From IMG/VR virus record IMGVR_UViG_3300029953_000019: a stretch of DNA of 64,000 nucleotides; one strand, given 5' to 3'. A program made the position numbers and the translations under genes. Source of the stretch: an uncultured virus (IMG/VR IMGVR_UViG_3300029953_000019). Lineage: Duplodnaviria; Heunggongvirae; Uroviricota; Caudoviricetes. Each line of letters starts with the position of its first letter. The stretch's first letter is position 1. Of this stretch, positions 38,114-49,143 are shown piece after piece. Under the pieces are notes generated by a model that did not search any database, was not told where the DNA came from, and saw only the letters and a list, made by a program, of their open reading frames with translations.

Positions 38114-40456
38114 TTAAAATGATTTATAATCTGTGAATATATTTTTAACGGCGAAAGGTTGTTCTTGGGAGATTAATCCCACTGCTTTGTTTGCTAGATC
38201 GGTATTTGATATATTACTTAAAGGTATGGTGATATAGGTTTGAGCATTATCATTACCTGGATAAGGATAAGTATTATTTACCGGGGTTTCAATCCAATTA
38301 TTTAAGTTTTCATTTAACAAGGCATCAATTTGCTGGGATACGGTTTGAGGAATAACATCAGAAGCTTCCAACTCATAATAACTGCTAGGTAGAAATTGAA
38401 ATTTGATAGTATTGTATTGTGTAGGAGTGCTAAATACATCTAGTAGTTTAGCTGTGTTTGTAGCCTCTAATTGAGTTACCACTGCTTGTACCTGGGTTAT
38501 GAACTTGTTAGATTGAGGTAATAATCCTTCTACTGGAATTTCTCCACCACCAAAGTTAGCTGCCCCAAAGTATTGTCCTTTAATACCAACTAAACTTTGA
38601 GACAATCCTATCATTACATTTGACCCATTACTAAAGCTTATTATTTCCTGGTCTGCAAATACACCAGTTACATTACTAGATAGATATAAGCTTTGATCAC
38701 TTAATAGTAGTAGATCATTGGTAGTTTGAATAATTGCGTCCGGAGAAGTAGCTATGAGTGAATTGCTGGCATTTAATCCTATTTGACTAGCGTTAGCACT
38801 TATTGATGAATTGGGAGCATTTATTACAATACCAGATACACTAGATATTACAGTTGAGTTAGGATAAGTAGATACATTGTTGGTAAAGTCCTGACCATCT
38901 GTATGTAATACTATCCCGCCTTGGCTACTATATAGATATTGTGCCAAGTTTGTCTTTACTCTCATACCACCAGAAGTACTGCTTAAATCTATATCTTGTT
39001 GAGCTGCAATACTTATATTACCACCAACCTTACCTATAATATTTCGATTAGGTTGAACTATTAAATCCTTGGCTGGTTGAATATAGATGTTGCCACCTTC
39101 CATATTAATAGCACTACCCCAACTATCAGAAAGACTTATTCCACCATTCTTCATTAAAGCTATGCAACTCTTATTCTTTTTAAAACTAGAACCAGTTAAT
39201 GGATCTACAAAGGTGATATTATTTAACTCTGTCTCTTTAGTAATATCATCATTAACATAGAAATCCTTGGTCTGGGCTTTAAAATTAGCATAACCTATCT
39301 CTTCATTGATATAAGCTAGATAATCTTTCAGCTGTAGATAATAAAGAAAAGCTGTGTCATTGTAATTTGCATCTAGTGCAGTATAAGTATCAGTAAATGT
39401 ATAATCTTCGGTAGTAGGATAATCTAATAGATCACCAGCATCACCAGTAGGGTCTTCTGGAGTTCTAATTCTATGTGGTACTCTAATCCAATCAGTTTTC
39501 TCCAAATATATACCATTGGCACTTCTAAGAATGAGTGTACCGTCTAATCCTGCTTTAACTTGTAGCAAACCGGTATCTGGTGTTTTAGGTACAGTTCCGT
39601 CCAAAGTGTGAGGTATATTAGCAGGTTTAACTATTAAAAAGTTCACAAATTGCCCTAATTTACCTACAAATACTTTCATTCTTTCCAACATATTTAATTG
39701 GTCAGAAGATAATTTATAGAATCTTGATAAATTAGATTCGGTTTGTGGATCGGTAGGTGATATAGCAGGATTGACGGAATTCCCCATACTTTCATCTGGA
39801 TCATGAGTAGCGCCAATTTCAAGATGGATTCCTTGTCCATCATGAAATACTCTTAACTCACCCAAAGCTGTATAATGTTGAAAGTTATGACTAATAATTC
39901 TAACCAAATCATCCAGAAAGTGACATTGAATTTGTGATAGTTCAGAAGCTTTGAGATTAGCAAATAACTTAAATAAACCCATCATTACACCAAATTCATT
40001 GGCAATAACTTTCTCACCCTGCACAGTATCAGTAGGTAGATTATTATTTAATACTGCACCTTTAGTTATATGAGAGGCATAACCAGTTTTATGAACTGAA
40101 TCATGTACCGGCTCCCTACTAGCCAGGATTGCTTTATTAGCTAAAACTGAGGAAGCTAAAACACCATTGGATTCAGGACTAGGAATAGTGCCAATTAATA
40201 TTGTACTATCACCACTTCTACCTTGACACAATACTCTAGAACCAACTCCAGGTAAGATAGTTTCATTAAATCCCATAGCTGCACTGTAAGTAGCACAAAG
40301 GGGATGTGCTTGATAAGTCATAAATCCAGACTCACCATCAGGAGAGACAATTATACAATGAGTAGCCGGATCACAACTAACTACAGTGGCATTAAAAATA
40401 TCACTATTAAGATAGGGGGCGAAATTTTTACTCAGTTCTTGTTGACTTAGAGACAT
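38114..40456 (-). CDS. Baseplate central spike (gp5/VgrG-like) protein
   Basis: N-terminal OB-fold-like LPGVGSRVL; beta-helix-like GNIYI/GNISI repeats. Confidence 0.65.
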   Translation of the reverse strand: MSLSQQELSKNFAPYLNSDIFNATVVSCDPATHCIIVSPDGESGFMTYQAHPLCATYSAAMGFNETILPGVGSRVLCQGRSGDSTILIGTIPSPESNGVLASSVLANKAILASREPVHDSVHKTGYASHITKGAVLNNNLPTDTVQGEKVIANEFGVMMGLFKLFANLKASELSQIQCHFLDDLVRIISHNFQHYTALGELRVFHDGQGIHLEIGATHDPDESMGNSVNPAISPTDPQTESNLSRFYKLSSDQLNMLERMKVFVGKLGQFVNFLIVKPANIPHTLDGTVPKTPDTGLLQVKAGLDGTLILRSANGIYLEKTDWIRVPHRIRTPEDPTGDAGDLLDYPTTEDYTFTDTYTALDANYNDTAFLYYLQLKDYLAYINEEIGYANFKAQTKDFYVNDDITKETELNNITFVDPLTGSSFKKNKSCIALMKNGGISLSDSWGSAINMEGGNIYIQPAKDLIVQPNRNIIGKVGGNISIAAQQDIDLSSTSGGMRVKTNLAQYLYSSQGGIVLHTDGQDFTNNVSTYPNSTVISSVSGIVINAPNSSISANASQIGLNASNSLIATSPDAIIQTTNDLLLLSDQSLYLSSNVTGVFADQEIISFSNGSNVMIGLSQSLVGIKGQYFGAANFGGGEIPVEGLLPQSNKFITQVQAVVTQLEATNTAKLLDVFSTPTQYNTIKFQFLPSSYYELEASDVIPQTVSQQIDALLNENLNNWIETPVNNTYPYPGNDNAQTYITIPLSNISNTDLANKAVGLISQEQPFAVKNIFTDYKSF

Positions 40457-40524
40457 AAATGATAAAACCTAGTTTAGCTATTAAAGGATAAAGCCAAACT
40501 AGGTTGTTGTCAAATTTCTTATTA

Positions 40525-41061
40525 TTAGCTAGGACCAGTAGGAGGAAAGTTAGGATCTTGGGAAACATTAATAGGAGACCAGCCAGATGTAAGTAGTTGC
40601 AAGAATTCAATAGTAATATTATCAACTACTTGTAGGTCATCAGCGTTACCTTGGAATGAGTAAGCAGTGACGTAACAACCAGCTAATTGAAAAGCACCAG
40701 TAGAAGTAGAACAATCAGTAGCATTTGCACCACTAAGATTAATATGAATGGTTGCTGGGTTTAAACAGACATTCCAACCTAGCAATGTAGTAAAAATATC
40801 TTGCTGAGTACCAACAAATAAACGGCCAATCGTCATGGTACCTATAGGACGACCTGGAATTATAACTGCTTGATTCTGTTGGCTAGAAAGTGTGTATCTA
40901 CGAGACACTGATTGCTGATATTGAAGCTGCACATTAGTAGCTTGATAAATATCATCAAAACTACCATCCACACCTTCCCATTGTATATAAATCTGGTCAG
41001 CTGTAATTGGATGGGTGATTCCAAATTGTGGCTTGCCAAAGATGTCTTGGTTTGTTGCCAT
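40525..41061 (-). CDS. Tail tube protein
   Basis: Downstream of sheath; QYQQSVSRRY..GRPIG motif. Confidence 0.7.
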   Translation of the reverse strand: MATNQDIFGKPQFGITHPITADQIYIQWEGVDGSFDDIYQATNVQLQYQQSVSRRYTLSSQQNQAVIIPGRPIGTMTIGRLFVGTQQDIFTTLLGWNVCLNPATIHINLSGANATDCSTSTGAFQLAGCYVTAYSFQGNADDLQVVDNITIEFLQLLTSGWSPINVSQDPNFPPTGPS

Positions 41062-41086
41062 ATATTATTATCCTGTAAATATTTTG

Positions 41087-41287
41087 TTAAATTAAGCCTA
41101 AATCAGCTGCTACTTCACTAAAATTCTTATCTTCACCTTTAGTAAATCTTATCCAACCTTTACCAGTATCTTGAATTTTATAGATTACGTTTGGTCTGCC
41201 TTCGTCATCAGCTATCAATAATGCTGTGGCCTCAGTTGTATCTAGTAATACTGGGTTTTTAAGCCCACCTGCTACTAAAATTCTCAT
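41087..41287 (-). CDS. Hypothetical protein
   Basis: 66 aa, TAATG overlap with sheath. Confidence 0.6.
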   Translation of the reverse strand: MRILVAGGLKNPVLLDTTEATALLIADDEGRPNVIYKIQDTGKGWIRFTKGEDKNFSEVAADLGLI

Positions 41288-42945
41288 TAAACACTCAGAG
41301 ACAAGGTGATAAAGTTCATTGGGTATGGAACCTGCAATGTAACTACAATATCAATCTGGTCTAGATAAGTTGGGTCTTGCTGAATACTATTAATAGTATA
41401 TCCGATTAATTGATTACCAGCTCTTTCAGTAAAGGTTTCCAACATGTAAAATTGCAATACTGAATTGATAGCAGCTTTAACTCCAAGAACCGTAGCTGGT
41501 GTAATGTTGTAAATACCTATGAATGGAGTTAGAGCAGCTTGTAGTGCATAGCTAATACTATCTACGTTAGCTGTAATACTATCTTCTGAGAAATTAAGAT
41601 TAGTATTATCACCAGTTAATTGCTGTCTAGTATAGGCTGTAGCACCTTTACCTACCTGTGTTACAATCCAGACACCAGCCGCAGCTAATTGATTGAGTTG
41701 TGTATCAGTAAAAGTAGACAAAGGTTTATCTAGATAGTAAGGTCCAAGAACCTGAGTATTGGTTAAACTCTGATTAGGAGCAGCACCAGACCTCGTAGCA
41801 GCTAATGAAGCAGCTAAGTAATATCCAGAAACATTAGTACTAGGTCCAATATAATAAGTATCAGGGAAAACATAGTGTATTCTACGAGGACCAGTATTAA
41901 TGTTAATATTCTCAGCTAATCCGTCTGGAAGAGCTGCAATATATGCATTAATTTGTGTTTGTAAACTACCAATACCAGAAAGTGAGGGAGACAACCAACA
42001 AGTACGCCATTTAGCATTGGCTGGTGTACTCATAGAGTTTATATGACTAATAACGGCAGCACTGATTCCAGAAATAGTTGCATCATTAGTTAACGGTACA
42101 ATACCATAGTAATTATTTGATTTAGCAGCCAAGGCTAAAATAGCATTGTAGCCAGCCAAGTTATTAGTAGGAACTGCACCATAATAAACAGTATTGTTAT
42201 TACTATTTAATACTGCACAATAAAGACCATAAGCTAAAGGATTTGCACTAGGATTAGCAGTAGGATTACCAAACAAATTTTCGATATCTGTTATTGTGTT
42301 GACCGAGCCAATAGCAGAACTATAAGCAGTATTAAGAACAGGTGAAGAACTTATAGTAACAGTGCCAGGAACTGCATTTACACCACTACCATTAGAATCA
42401 GTAACCACCAGAACTGGTGTAAGATAACTATTACCACCATTTACAACAGTATAACTAGTAATAGCACCAGTAGATAGAGTTGCAGCACCAGGAACAGCGT
42501 TATGCCCAGTAGAATCTCCAGGAGCATTAGTTACTGTGATAACTGGAGAAGTATAATTAAATCCACCAGAAACTACAGTATATGAACCAACTGCATTACC
42601 ACTTAAATTTGATGTGATTACTGCACCATAACCAGTAGGATCAGCAATTGAAACTATAGGTGGAAGAGTATACAAAGAACCAGCAGTACCCAGAGCTACA
42701 GCAGTAATTGCACCTACTGGAACACAATTAGCTGTAATAATTGCACCAGCACCAGAACCGGTTGAATCAGTTACTGCAACTACTGGGGCTGTGTAACCAG
42801 TACCAGCAGTACCCAGAGCTACAGCAGTAATAGAATTATTAGTGTAAGCGGGACCAATTATCAAGGCAGAAAGTGGGCTTACTACAGAAGTTGGCGTATT
42901 AGTAAATTGCTGACTAATCTGTAGTTGGGGGACTGTATATGCCAT
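41287..42945 (-). CDS. Tail sheath protein
   Basis: Sheath-type C-terminus (LAAAGV, EDSITANVD, VPYPMNFI); inserted ITAVALGTAG repeat domain. Confidence 0.85.
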   Translation of the reverse strand: MAYTVPQLQISQQFTNTPTSVVSPLSALIIGPAYTNNSITAVALGTAGTGYTAPVVAVTDSTGSGAGAIITANCVPVGAITAVALGTAGSLYTLPPIVSIADPTGYGAVITSNLSGNAVGSYTVVSGGFNYTSPVITVTNAPGDSTGHNAVPGAATLSTGAITSYTVVNGGNSYLTPVLVVTDSNGSGVNAVPGTVTISSSPVLNTAYSSAIGSVNTITDIENLFGNPTANPSANPLAYGLYCAVLNSNNNTVYYGAVPTNNLAGYNAILALAAKSNNYYGIVPLTNDATISGISAAVISHINSMSTPANAKWRTCWLSPSLSGIGSLQTQINAYIAALPDGLAENININTGPRRIHYVFPDTYYIGPSTNVSGYYLAASLAATRSGAAPNQSLTNTQVLGPYYLDKPLSTFTDTQLNQLAAAGVWIVTQVGKGATAYTRQQLTGDNTNLNFSEDSITANVDSISYALQAALTPFIGIYNITPATVLGVKAAINSVLQFYMLETFTERAGNQLIGYTINSIQQDPTYLDQIDIVVTLQVPYPMNFITLSLSV

Positions 42946-43025
42946 AAAATTATTTATCTCTTGTTAGATTACTTAAATGTCTTACTATAATATTATCTTG
43001 TTATACTGGCTTAGGCAACTACTTT

Positions 43026-43709
43026 TTATAACGAAATCTCTTCTATTAAGTCCTGCACTGCATTATAAATCTCAATAGATATATGCTTCATTTTCAGTGA
43101 GTTTCTAGTAATAGACCAACTATCATTATAAGTTACATTAAGCATTAATTGGATGGAAAAGTTGTTTTTACCTTCTTTTAAGAGTTCAGGAGCTGACATC
43201 TTTTCTAGTTCAAATGTTCTAATACCGAAATCTTGTTGAATAGTACGTCTAAAATATAATAGTGGTTGTTTAACGTATTCAGCTAAGTTTTCAACTACCT
43301 CTACTGGTTCGGCTGCTACACAAGTAATGATGACTGGTAATTTAACAAATACATCTCTAATCTCTAATCCATCTGGTTGATTACCTGCTATAGCCTGTCT
43401 CAGTACTTTGGCCTGAAAATCTGCCTCACCTCTTTGAACATAGATAGCTGGAACCTTACTCATCGTCTTAGGTTTCCAATCATAACCAATAGCTAATAGA
43501 ATGTCACTCTCAGCTTCTATCGCACTATATTTTTGAGCTAGCCTGACACCTACATCACAAGGTTTATTAGTGAGCATATACCTCTTTATTATTTCATATA
43601 CTATTCTAGGTATGGTGATAGTATTTAAAAATAATCTATCATGTTCACATACTTCAAGTCCATGTCTTTGACTAGGGGTAAGTGCAGTTGAGGTAATATT
43701 GTAGCTCAT
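43026..43709 (-). CDS. Tail completion/terminator-like protein
   Basis: PAIYVQRG motif; position upstream of sheath. Confidence 0.6.
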   Translation of the reverse strand: MSYNITSTALTPSQRHGLEVCEHDRLFLNTITIPRIVYEIIKRYMLTNKPCDVGVRLAQKYSAIEAESDILLAIGYDWKPKTMSKVPAIYVQRGEADFQAKVLRQAIAGNQPDGLEIRDVFVKLPVIITCVAAEPVEVVENLAEYVKQPLLYFRRTIQQDFGIRTFELEKMSAPELLKEGKNNFSIQLMLNVTYNDSWSITRNSLKMKHISIEIYNAVQDLIEEISL

Positions 43710-44506
43710 AGAACTGGAAATGGAGGAACTTGAATGCTTTGTGTAGTATCAGTACTTGGTATTAATCTTAGTGTAGGAGATTGTAGTAATATCATAGTAG
43801 TACCAGGAAAGTATTTATTTGCCGGGTCTATTACTATGAATCTCTTACCATCTCTCATTACTATTATATCATGTTGATCTATATATGGGAACCCTGCACT
43901 TCTAATTAACAACATTTCTGAAAATTGTGTCCCTCGACCCGCAGCATCATAATCTTCTTTAACTTCCCTGTTCTCAATACTTATCCTAGTCAATACTGGT
44001 TCATAATATCCACCTACCACACCAGTACCGAAAGTCTTAACTGTATCTAGCATAGGTTCCCCAGTTATAGGATCTGTTTCTGCTATACAGTCAGTCGCAT
44101 AGTTCTTTCGCTTTAATAAGTAAACATATAGTCCAGCATAGTTAAATCTTACCTGTTCCCTTCTAGTAATTTCCGAAGCTAATAGATAGTGATGTTGAGT
44201 TACTGAATCTGAAGGATGCCAGCCAAAGAAATTGCTATAATAACATTTCTTATTTAAATCTGTTAACCTTAGTTTGTAGAAGAATCCAGGTAGTTGATTC
44301 TGCCTAATATTAGTATTATCTATTACAAAGAAAGTAGTACTAGGGATACAATATAGTGTAGTTTTAAATGATTCATCTTCAAATGCTAGTAGTTCAAAAG
44401 TATAAGGTGCCCTGCCATTAAATAAAGGGTCAATGTCATATTGTACCGTAATGACATTTCCAACTATACTTAATTGTATATTAATGAATGGATTAGTGTT
44501 TAACAT
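43706..44506 (-). CDS. Neck/head-closure-like protein
   Basis: FGTGVVGGYY motif; position. Confidence 0.6.
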   Translation of the reverse strand: MLNTNPFINIQLSIVGNVITVQYDIDPLFNGRAPYTFELLAFEDESFKTTLYCIPSTTFFVIDNTNIRQNQLPGFFYKLRLTDLNKKCYYSNFFGWHPSDSVTQHHYLLASEITRREQVRFNYAGLYVYLLKRKNYATDCIAETDPITGEPMLDTVKTFGTGVVGGYYEPVLTRISIENREVKEDYDAAGRGTQFSEMLLIRSAGFPYIDQHDIIVMRDGKRFIVIDPANKYFPGTTMILLQSPTLRLIPSTDTTQSIQVPPFPVL

Positions 44507-44795
44507 TTAGTCTAGTAAATTTATCGTAGTATTCTTTAGTAATATTCCAGGCAGTTTTCCCCTTACTTCTACCACTCATAAATAGGTTAGGATTATTCAT
44601 TATCTTATCGTGAATCATTTTCTGTATTTGATCCTGAGCCACAACCTTACTACCAGACAGTCTCTTTAATGATGATTTAATCTTCTTCTCACAACACCAC
44701 TGCCTTAAGTTCAATGCAAACTTCTTATCACCTAGTATTTGATTAGTGGTAGGTCCACTTTTAGCATTATCTACTATCTTATCGTATTCAGCCAT
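44493..44795 (-). CDS. Hypothetical basic protein
   Basis: Operon context. Confidence 0.55.
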   Translation of the reverse strand: MAEYDKIVDNAKSGPTTNQILGDKKFALNLRQWCCEKKIKSSLKRLSGSKVVAQDQIQKMIHDKIMNNPNLFMSGRSKGKTAWNITKEYYDKFTRLNVKH

Positions 44796-44796
44796 A

Positions 44797-45237
44797 TCAT
44801 CTAGCTACATAGATCAACTCTGAAGGCATAGTTCCAAATGCATTAGCTACATTGATAGTGATCTTTATATTAACTACCTTATCTTTAAACTCTTCCCAGA
44901 ATTGATTACCTATACTAGCAAAAATCTGTGCCTTATTCTTATCTTGAACAGTTACCCCATCCGCAGAATAGTCTAATTGATTGCTAGCTTCATTTATACT
45001 AGCACTTCTTAATAGATGCCCTGCCACACCTATAAGAAGTGTGTATCTATAAGGAAAGGTTTGAGGAGTAAATGATACTACAAAAGGTGCAGTTTCATTA
45101 AAAAAATCCGTACAGCGATTCAAGGCATTATCTATATCTTCAGTAGACCATCTAACCCCACGTAAGAGAGAGTTAAGTTCTTTACGGTCCATGCAGAAGG
45201 TTCTTATATCAGTTTCTGTAATTTGAGCTATTGCCAT
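44797..45237 (-). CDS. Head-tail adaptor-like protein
   Basis: NQLDYSADGVTV motif; between capsid and tail genes. Confidence 0.6.
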   Translation of the reverse strand: MAIAQITETDIRTFCMDRKELNSLLRGVRWSTEDIDNALNRCTDFFNETAPFVVSFTPQTFPYRYTLLIGVAGHLLRSASINEASNQLDYSADGVTVQDKNKAQIFASIGNQFWEEFKDKVVNIKITINVANAFGTMPSELIYVAR

Positions 45238-45322
45238 ATTATTATTGTAGTTAATTCAAGCACTCTTCTTTCATTTTATATAAATCTAGTAATTGTAACA
45301 TTATTTATATTCTATTCTTATA

Positions 45323-46465
45323 TTACTGTATTTTATCAGCTTCAGCAATCTTCTTATAAACCCAGCGTAATTTGCCCACATCCCAGATTCTATATAAACC
45401 ATTCTGAATGCTCCATTGTTTCTCAGTCAATCCTGCAGGGCAATTTGTATTTCCCTTTTTCTGTGACTGCTTCGATAATCTAACTATCTTACTACTATTA
45501 ATATTAACATAGCTGTAGTCTGCATCCAAACTATCTTCTAGTACAAACCCAAGCTTAGGATATACTCCACCCGAGAACCACCTACAATCAGACCAGCTAA
45601 TCAACTCAGTAATTCCAGTATGATTCAACAAGAACTTAAATAATTTCGAAGCCCCACCAGTAACATTAACATCATATTTAAAGCACAGTCTATCTAATAC
45701 AAACTTACCTATGTCTCTATGATGCTTGCCAAAACTCATAACTCCTAGCAACTCATTGTTAAAATACAGACCCGCAAATACAAAGCTCAAAAAGCTCTTC
45801 CCTTGTATATGGTTTTCGTCATAAAATGCATTACCCATATCTTTGGAGATAATCCGTACTTCACATTTCCTAGCATAGAATATCCGGGAGTTCTTACCTA
45901 GCATGGATAAGATAGCACCTTTTACCTGCTTATTTCTATTTATCCATTCATCTTCAAAAATAGTAATTAGATGTATATTGTTATTCTTACAGTTAGTATA
46001 TTTAGTGTAGTTATACTTTTGCCCACATCCTTTAGATTCATTGCAATCCTTTAATATGCAGTAGTTTATACCTACTTTAAGGTCATCATTATATAGATCT
46101 GCGTCTTTAGTAGAGGTAAAGGTCAAACTAGTTATCTCTTCCAGCCAAGTTTTAATAGGTAGTATAGGGTTCAAGGTTCTATTCCTTTTAGGTATATTGT
46201 TCTCTCTTAATAGCTTTAATAGTGTAGGATTAGTTATATTATGTTTACTCCATATATCAGCTACCTTCATTCCAGTATTATAATCGTTAATTAGTTCAGT
46301 TATATTTACTTTAGCTTTTTGACGATTAAGATTACCTAGTTTCTTAGCTTTATCCTTTATCCTAGGCCAGGTCGTGTTAAATAAGGCTTCCAGATCTTCT
46401 TGAGGGGCAAATCTATATAGGTCTTTTAGTTGTAGTTCTTCTTCCAGAGTCCAGAGTTTATTCAT
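45323..46465 (-). CDS. Free-standing putative homing endonuclease (Hef-like)
   Basis: IFEDEW, YARKC, NHIQG, GGASKL, RIWDVG motifs; HTH-like N-terminus. Confidence 0.65.
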   Translation of the reverse strand: MNKLWTLEEELQLKDLYRFAPQEDLEALFNTTWPRIKDKAKKLGNLNRQKAKVNITELINDYNTGMKVADIWSKHNITNPTLLKLLRENNIPKRNRTLNPILPIKTWLEEITSLTFTSTKDADLYNDDLKVGINYCILKDCNESKGCGQKYNYTKYTNCKNNNIHLITIFEDEWINRNKQVKGAILSMLGKNSRIFYARKCEVRIISKDMGNAFYDENHIQGKSFLSFVFAGLYFNNELLGVMSFGKHHRDIGKFVLDRLCFKYDVNVTGGASKLFKFLLNHTGITELISWSDCRWFSGGVYPKLGFVLEDSLDADYSYVNINSSKIVRLSKQSQKKGNTNCPAGLTEKQWSIQNGLYRIWDVGKLRWVYKKIAEADKIQ

Positions 46466-46895
46466 GTTTTTGGAGATAGGTTATAGCGTTATTTAGATTA
46501 GTTATACTGTCTTTGAATTGCCCAAGCCCAAAATTACAGTCAATATAGAGCAAACCTCTTACTTTATTAGTAGTGTGGTTATGATCAACACTTAGATTAA
46601 CTTTAAAAGTAGAAGCATCTTTACCACATATAGCACACTTATTATTTTGCAATTGTAGTATGTCATTATATTTTTCTAATGTTATATTAAATTTTCTTTT
46701 TAAATCTCTTCTTCTATCATAATCAGGATTTTTCTCTTTCCATTTAGCTATAGTAGTATATTTATGAGCTATTCTGTATTGTTTATCACATAGTATACAA
46801 CTAGCTCTAGGTTTGCCTTTACGTATTCCTTTCTTTCTAATATAGAATGCTGATATATCTTTAGTTAATTTACACTGAGTACACTGTTTATTCAT
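46458..46895 (-). CDS. Endonuclease VII-family (HNH) protein
   Basis: CAICG..VDHNH..VRGLL..CN; one Zn-ligand Cys replaced by Tyr. Confidence 0.8.
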   Translation of the reverse strand: MNKQCTQCKLTKDISAFYIRKKGIRKGKPRASCILCDKQYRIAHKYTTIAKWKEKNPDYDRRRDLKRKFNITLEKYNDILQLQNNKCAICGKDASTFKVNLSVDHNHTTNKVRGLLYIDCNFGLGQFKDSITNLNNAITYLQKHE

Positions 46896-46940
46896 GTTTA
46901 CTACCTTATCAGAAAGAAATAAATTGTCAAGTAAGAAATG

Positions 46941-46978
46941 AAAGAAGAAGGCCTCCTACTAGTGAAAGTAGAAGGCCT
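46941..46978 (-). terminator. Rho-independent terminator after major capsid gene
   Basis: 12-bp stem AGGCCTTCTACT/AGTAGGAGGCCT then TCTTCTTT. Confidence 0.65.
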
Positions 46979-47009
46979 ATGAAACCCTTAATTTTAAAGG
47001 GAATTATTA

Positions 47010-47969
47010 TTATACAAAATCAACACGGAAAGCACCTTTTGGTCCACCTATACTCATGCCCACGTTCAAGTACTGGAAGAACTGTAGGAAAAACGCCTTA
47101 GTCTCCATAAATACTGTTAACGGTTGGAGACGGAAGTATTTGCCTAGAAATTCCTCAGAACTGAAGAAGTAGATAGTACCATCAGGAACCAATTCACGTT
47201 TAATAGTCATGATAGTCTTGATACCGAGAATAGAAGGAGGAGGAGTACCCTCTAAATAAGCACGTTCAGCTTCATCACCACCAACTTCACTACGTTCAAA
47301 CTTCAAGAAGTCAGCCATAGTTACGTTGTTAGCAAGCATAACACCCTTACTAGAAGCACCATCAGGTTGGAGCGGTCCGAAGGGAACGCGCAATCTCTGG
47401 AACGCTTTAACTGCTTCAATAAAGTTTGTTCTAGTAATACCACCACTCAAGGTAATATAGCTAGGCAGACCAGTAGCAGTAAAGGAGTTAGCAGTATTAG
47501 CTACACCAAGGATACTGTTAACCTTTTCCAAGAGCTTACTATCAAGTTCAGTAGCCAAGTCTTTAGTACTGTTTTCAAGCAAGATTTGGCGAATATCGTA
47601 ATCATAACCACGAAGTTTATCAATATCTTTCTGGAACACAGGACTCATCAACCTAGAGAAGTAAACTGGATAACGAGTACCAGCGAATTGGTAACCATCT
47701 GGAACGTTACCTAGTGGGACTGTAACTGCCGGAGGTTGATCAGGTTCACGATCACACCATTTCACATGCAATTCAGGATTCTCACTCTTATCAAGTTCAT
47801 CATTAGCGATGTCAATAGGAGTAAGGATCTTCTCTGCAAATGAATTTTCACGGAGTTTATTACGAGTAAAGGTAAGAGCAGATTGAGCTGCTTTCTTTTC
47901 ATTTCCACCCTCTAACATATCAACAAAAGTATTATTGAATACTTTAATATCAGCAATTTTTTCTAACAT
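47010..47969 (-). CDS. Major capsid protein (HK97-like fold)
   Basis: 319 aa; RNKLRENSFAEKIL motif; CGT/AAC-biased codons of a highly expressed gene; downstream terminator. Confidence 0.75.
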   Translation of the reverse strand: MLEKIADIKVFNNTFVDMLEGGNEKKAAQSALTFTRNKLRENSFAEKILTPIDIANDELDKSENPELHVKWCDREPDQPPAVTVPLGNVPDGYQFAGTRYPVYFSRLMSPVFQKDIDKLRGYDYDIRQILLENSTKDLATELDSKLLEKVNSILGVANTANSFTATGLPSYITLSGGITRTNFIEAVKAFQRLRVPFGPLQPDGASSKGVMLANNVTMADFLKFERSEVGGDEAERAYLEGTPPPSILGIKTIMTIKRELVPDGTIYFFSSEEFLGKYFRLQPLTVFMETKAFFLQFFQYLNVGMSIGGPKGAFRVDFV

Positions 47970-47988
47970 ATAATTATTTCCTTTAAGG

Positions 47989-48609
47989 TTAGACGGTAGC
48001 AGCGAGCTTAATCGTCAGAACAGGGACATTAATTTGGGCCTTGTAAGTGTTTGATTTAGTAGTAGGTGTATAAGCTGGAAAAGCTGTATTACCTGATGCA
48101 TTAGAAGCAGCATAGTCAGCAGCTTCAGTAGCAGATGTATAGTTCTGTGTAAGTGAAGAACCGGCACCAGCAATAGGAGGACCAAGTGAGCTGGGGGTTG
48201 ACAATTGCAAGAACCGAACGTCTCTAACCCATCCAACCAAAGTACCAGTAGAGGTTTTCTGTACTAGACCAGGGTTATTAGTACTACCATAAATAGCAGT
48301 ACCGACAGGGTAGTTAGTGAGTGAAATGACAGAAACGCTGTCAGTAGCAATATCTACTTGGTCGGTTTCAAGAATAGTATTTCCATCCAAAGAATAGAGG
48401 GCGATTTTCTGACTCTCAATAACATCACCATCTGTAGAGTTATTGATAGCAAAACCACGAATACCATTTGAACCTGAGCCACCAGCAGTAATACTACCAG
48501 TAGTTGAATCGATGCGGCATAACATTCCAGCATAAATGCCTGAAGTAGCTGGGCCAATAAGATCGGCTTGTGCTAGCGAATGACTTGTACCTTTTCTTAC
48601 GTTAATCAT
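47989..48609 (-). CDS. Capsid decoration/cement-like protein
   Basis: Immediately upstream of capsid gene; Gly/Thr-rich beta protein. Confidence 0.6.
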   Translation of the reverse strand: MINVRKGTSHSLAQADLIGPATSGIYAGMLCRIDSTTGSITAGGSGSNGIRGFAINNSTDGDVIESQKIALYSLDGNTILETDQVDIATDSVSVISLTNYPVGTAIYGSTNNPGLVQKTSTGTLVGWVRDVRFLQLSTPSSLGPPIAGAGSSLTQNYTSATEAADYAASNASGNTAFPAYTPTTKSNTYKAQINVPVLTIKLAATV

Positions 48610-48700
48610 ATAAAAATCCTTTTATAAGGTTTAAAATTGTTCTCTTTTGATGAGTAGGTTATGCTGGTCAAGATAACCGACCACTTACTAGATTAATATT

Positions 48701-48729
48701 ATTTTAAGGTAATTATATAGTTATGTCAA
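48701..48729 (-). promoter_or_regulatory. Sigma70-like promoter for decoration/capsid genes
   Basis: TTGACA-17nt-TAAAAT. Confidence 0.55.
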
Positions 48730-48750
48730 TTAATTATATAATAAGTACTA

Positions 48751-49143
48751 TTATGAAAGAAGAAGACTTGGAGAATGCTTTTGTAGATATTTTATAGCAT
48801 TTGTGAGGGTGTTAATATTCTCATCAGCCCTACTTAGTATATAATTGCAGTTGTTATGCACAATACCTCTAACCTTGCCTGTCTTGTGTGAATGATCTAA
48901 ATGAATACTTTTTAATATTGTAAAGTCTAAAGGTTTATTACATATAGGACAAATATTTTTCTGTTTAATTAATATATTATTATATTCTTCTAGTGTGATA
49001 TTATACAGTCTTTTTAACCTACTATTTCTATACTGTAGTTTAATTTCAGGCCGGTTTCTATATTCTTTACCTCTAGCTGCAATTCTTAGTTTAACTTCAG
49101 GCCTGCTTCTATATATTTTATTCCAAATAGGGTTATTACTCAT
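48751..49143 (-). CDS. Endonuclease VII-family protein
   Basis: CPIC..HLDHSH..VRGIVHNNCN; ATG at 49143. Confidence 0.8.
   Translation of the reverse strand: MSNNPIWNKIYRSRPEVKLRIAARGKEYRNRPEIKLQYRNSRLKRLYNITLEEYNNILIKQKNICPICNKPLDFTILKSIHLDHSHKTGKVRGIVHNNCNYILSRADENINTLTNAIKYLQKHSPSLLLS

Noticed and set aside
42680..42832. ~30-bp direct repeat in the sheath gene
   Set aside because: It encodes the ITAVALGTAG protein repeat, a common sheath insertion domain.
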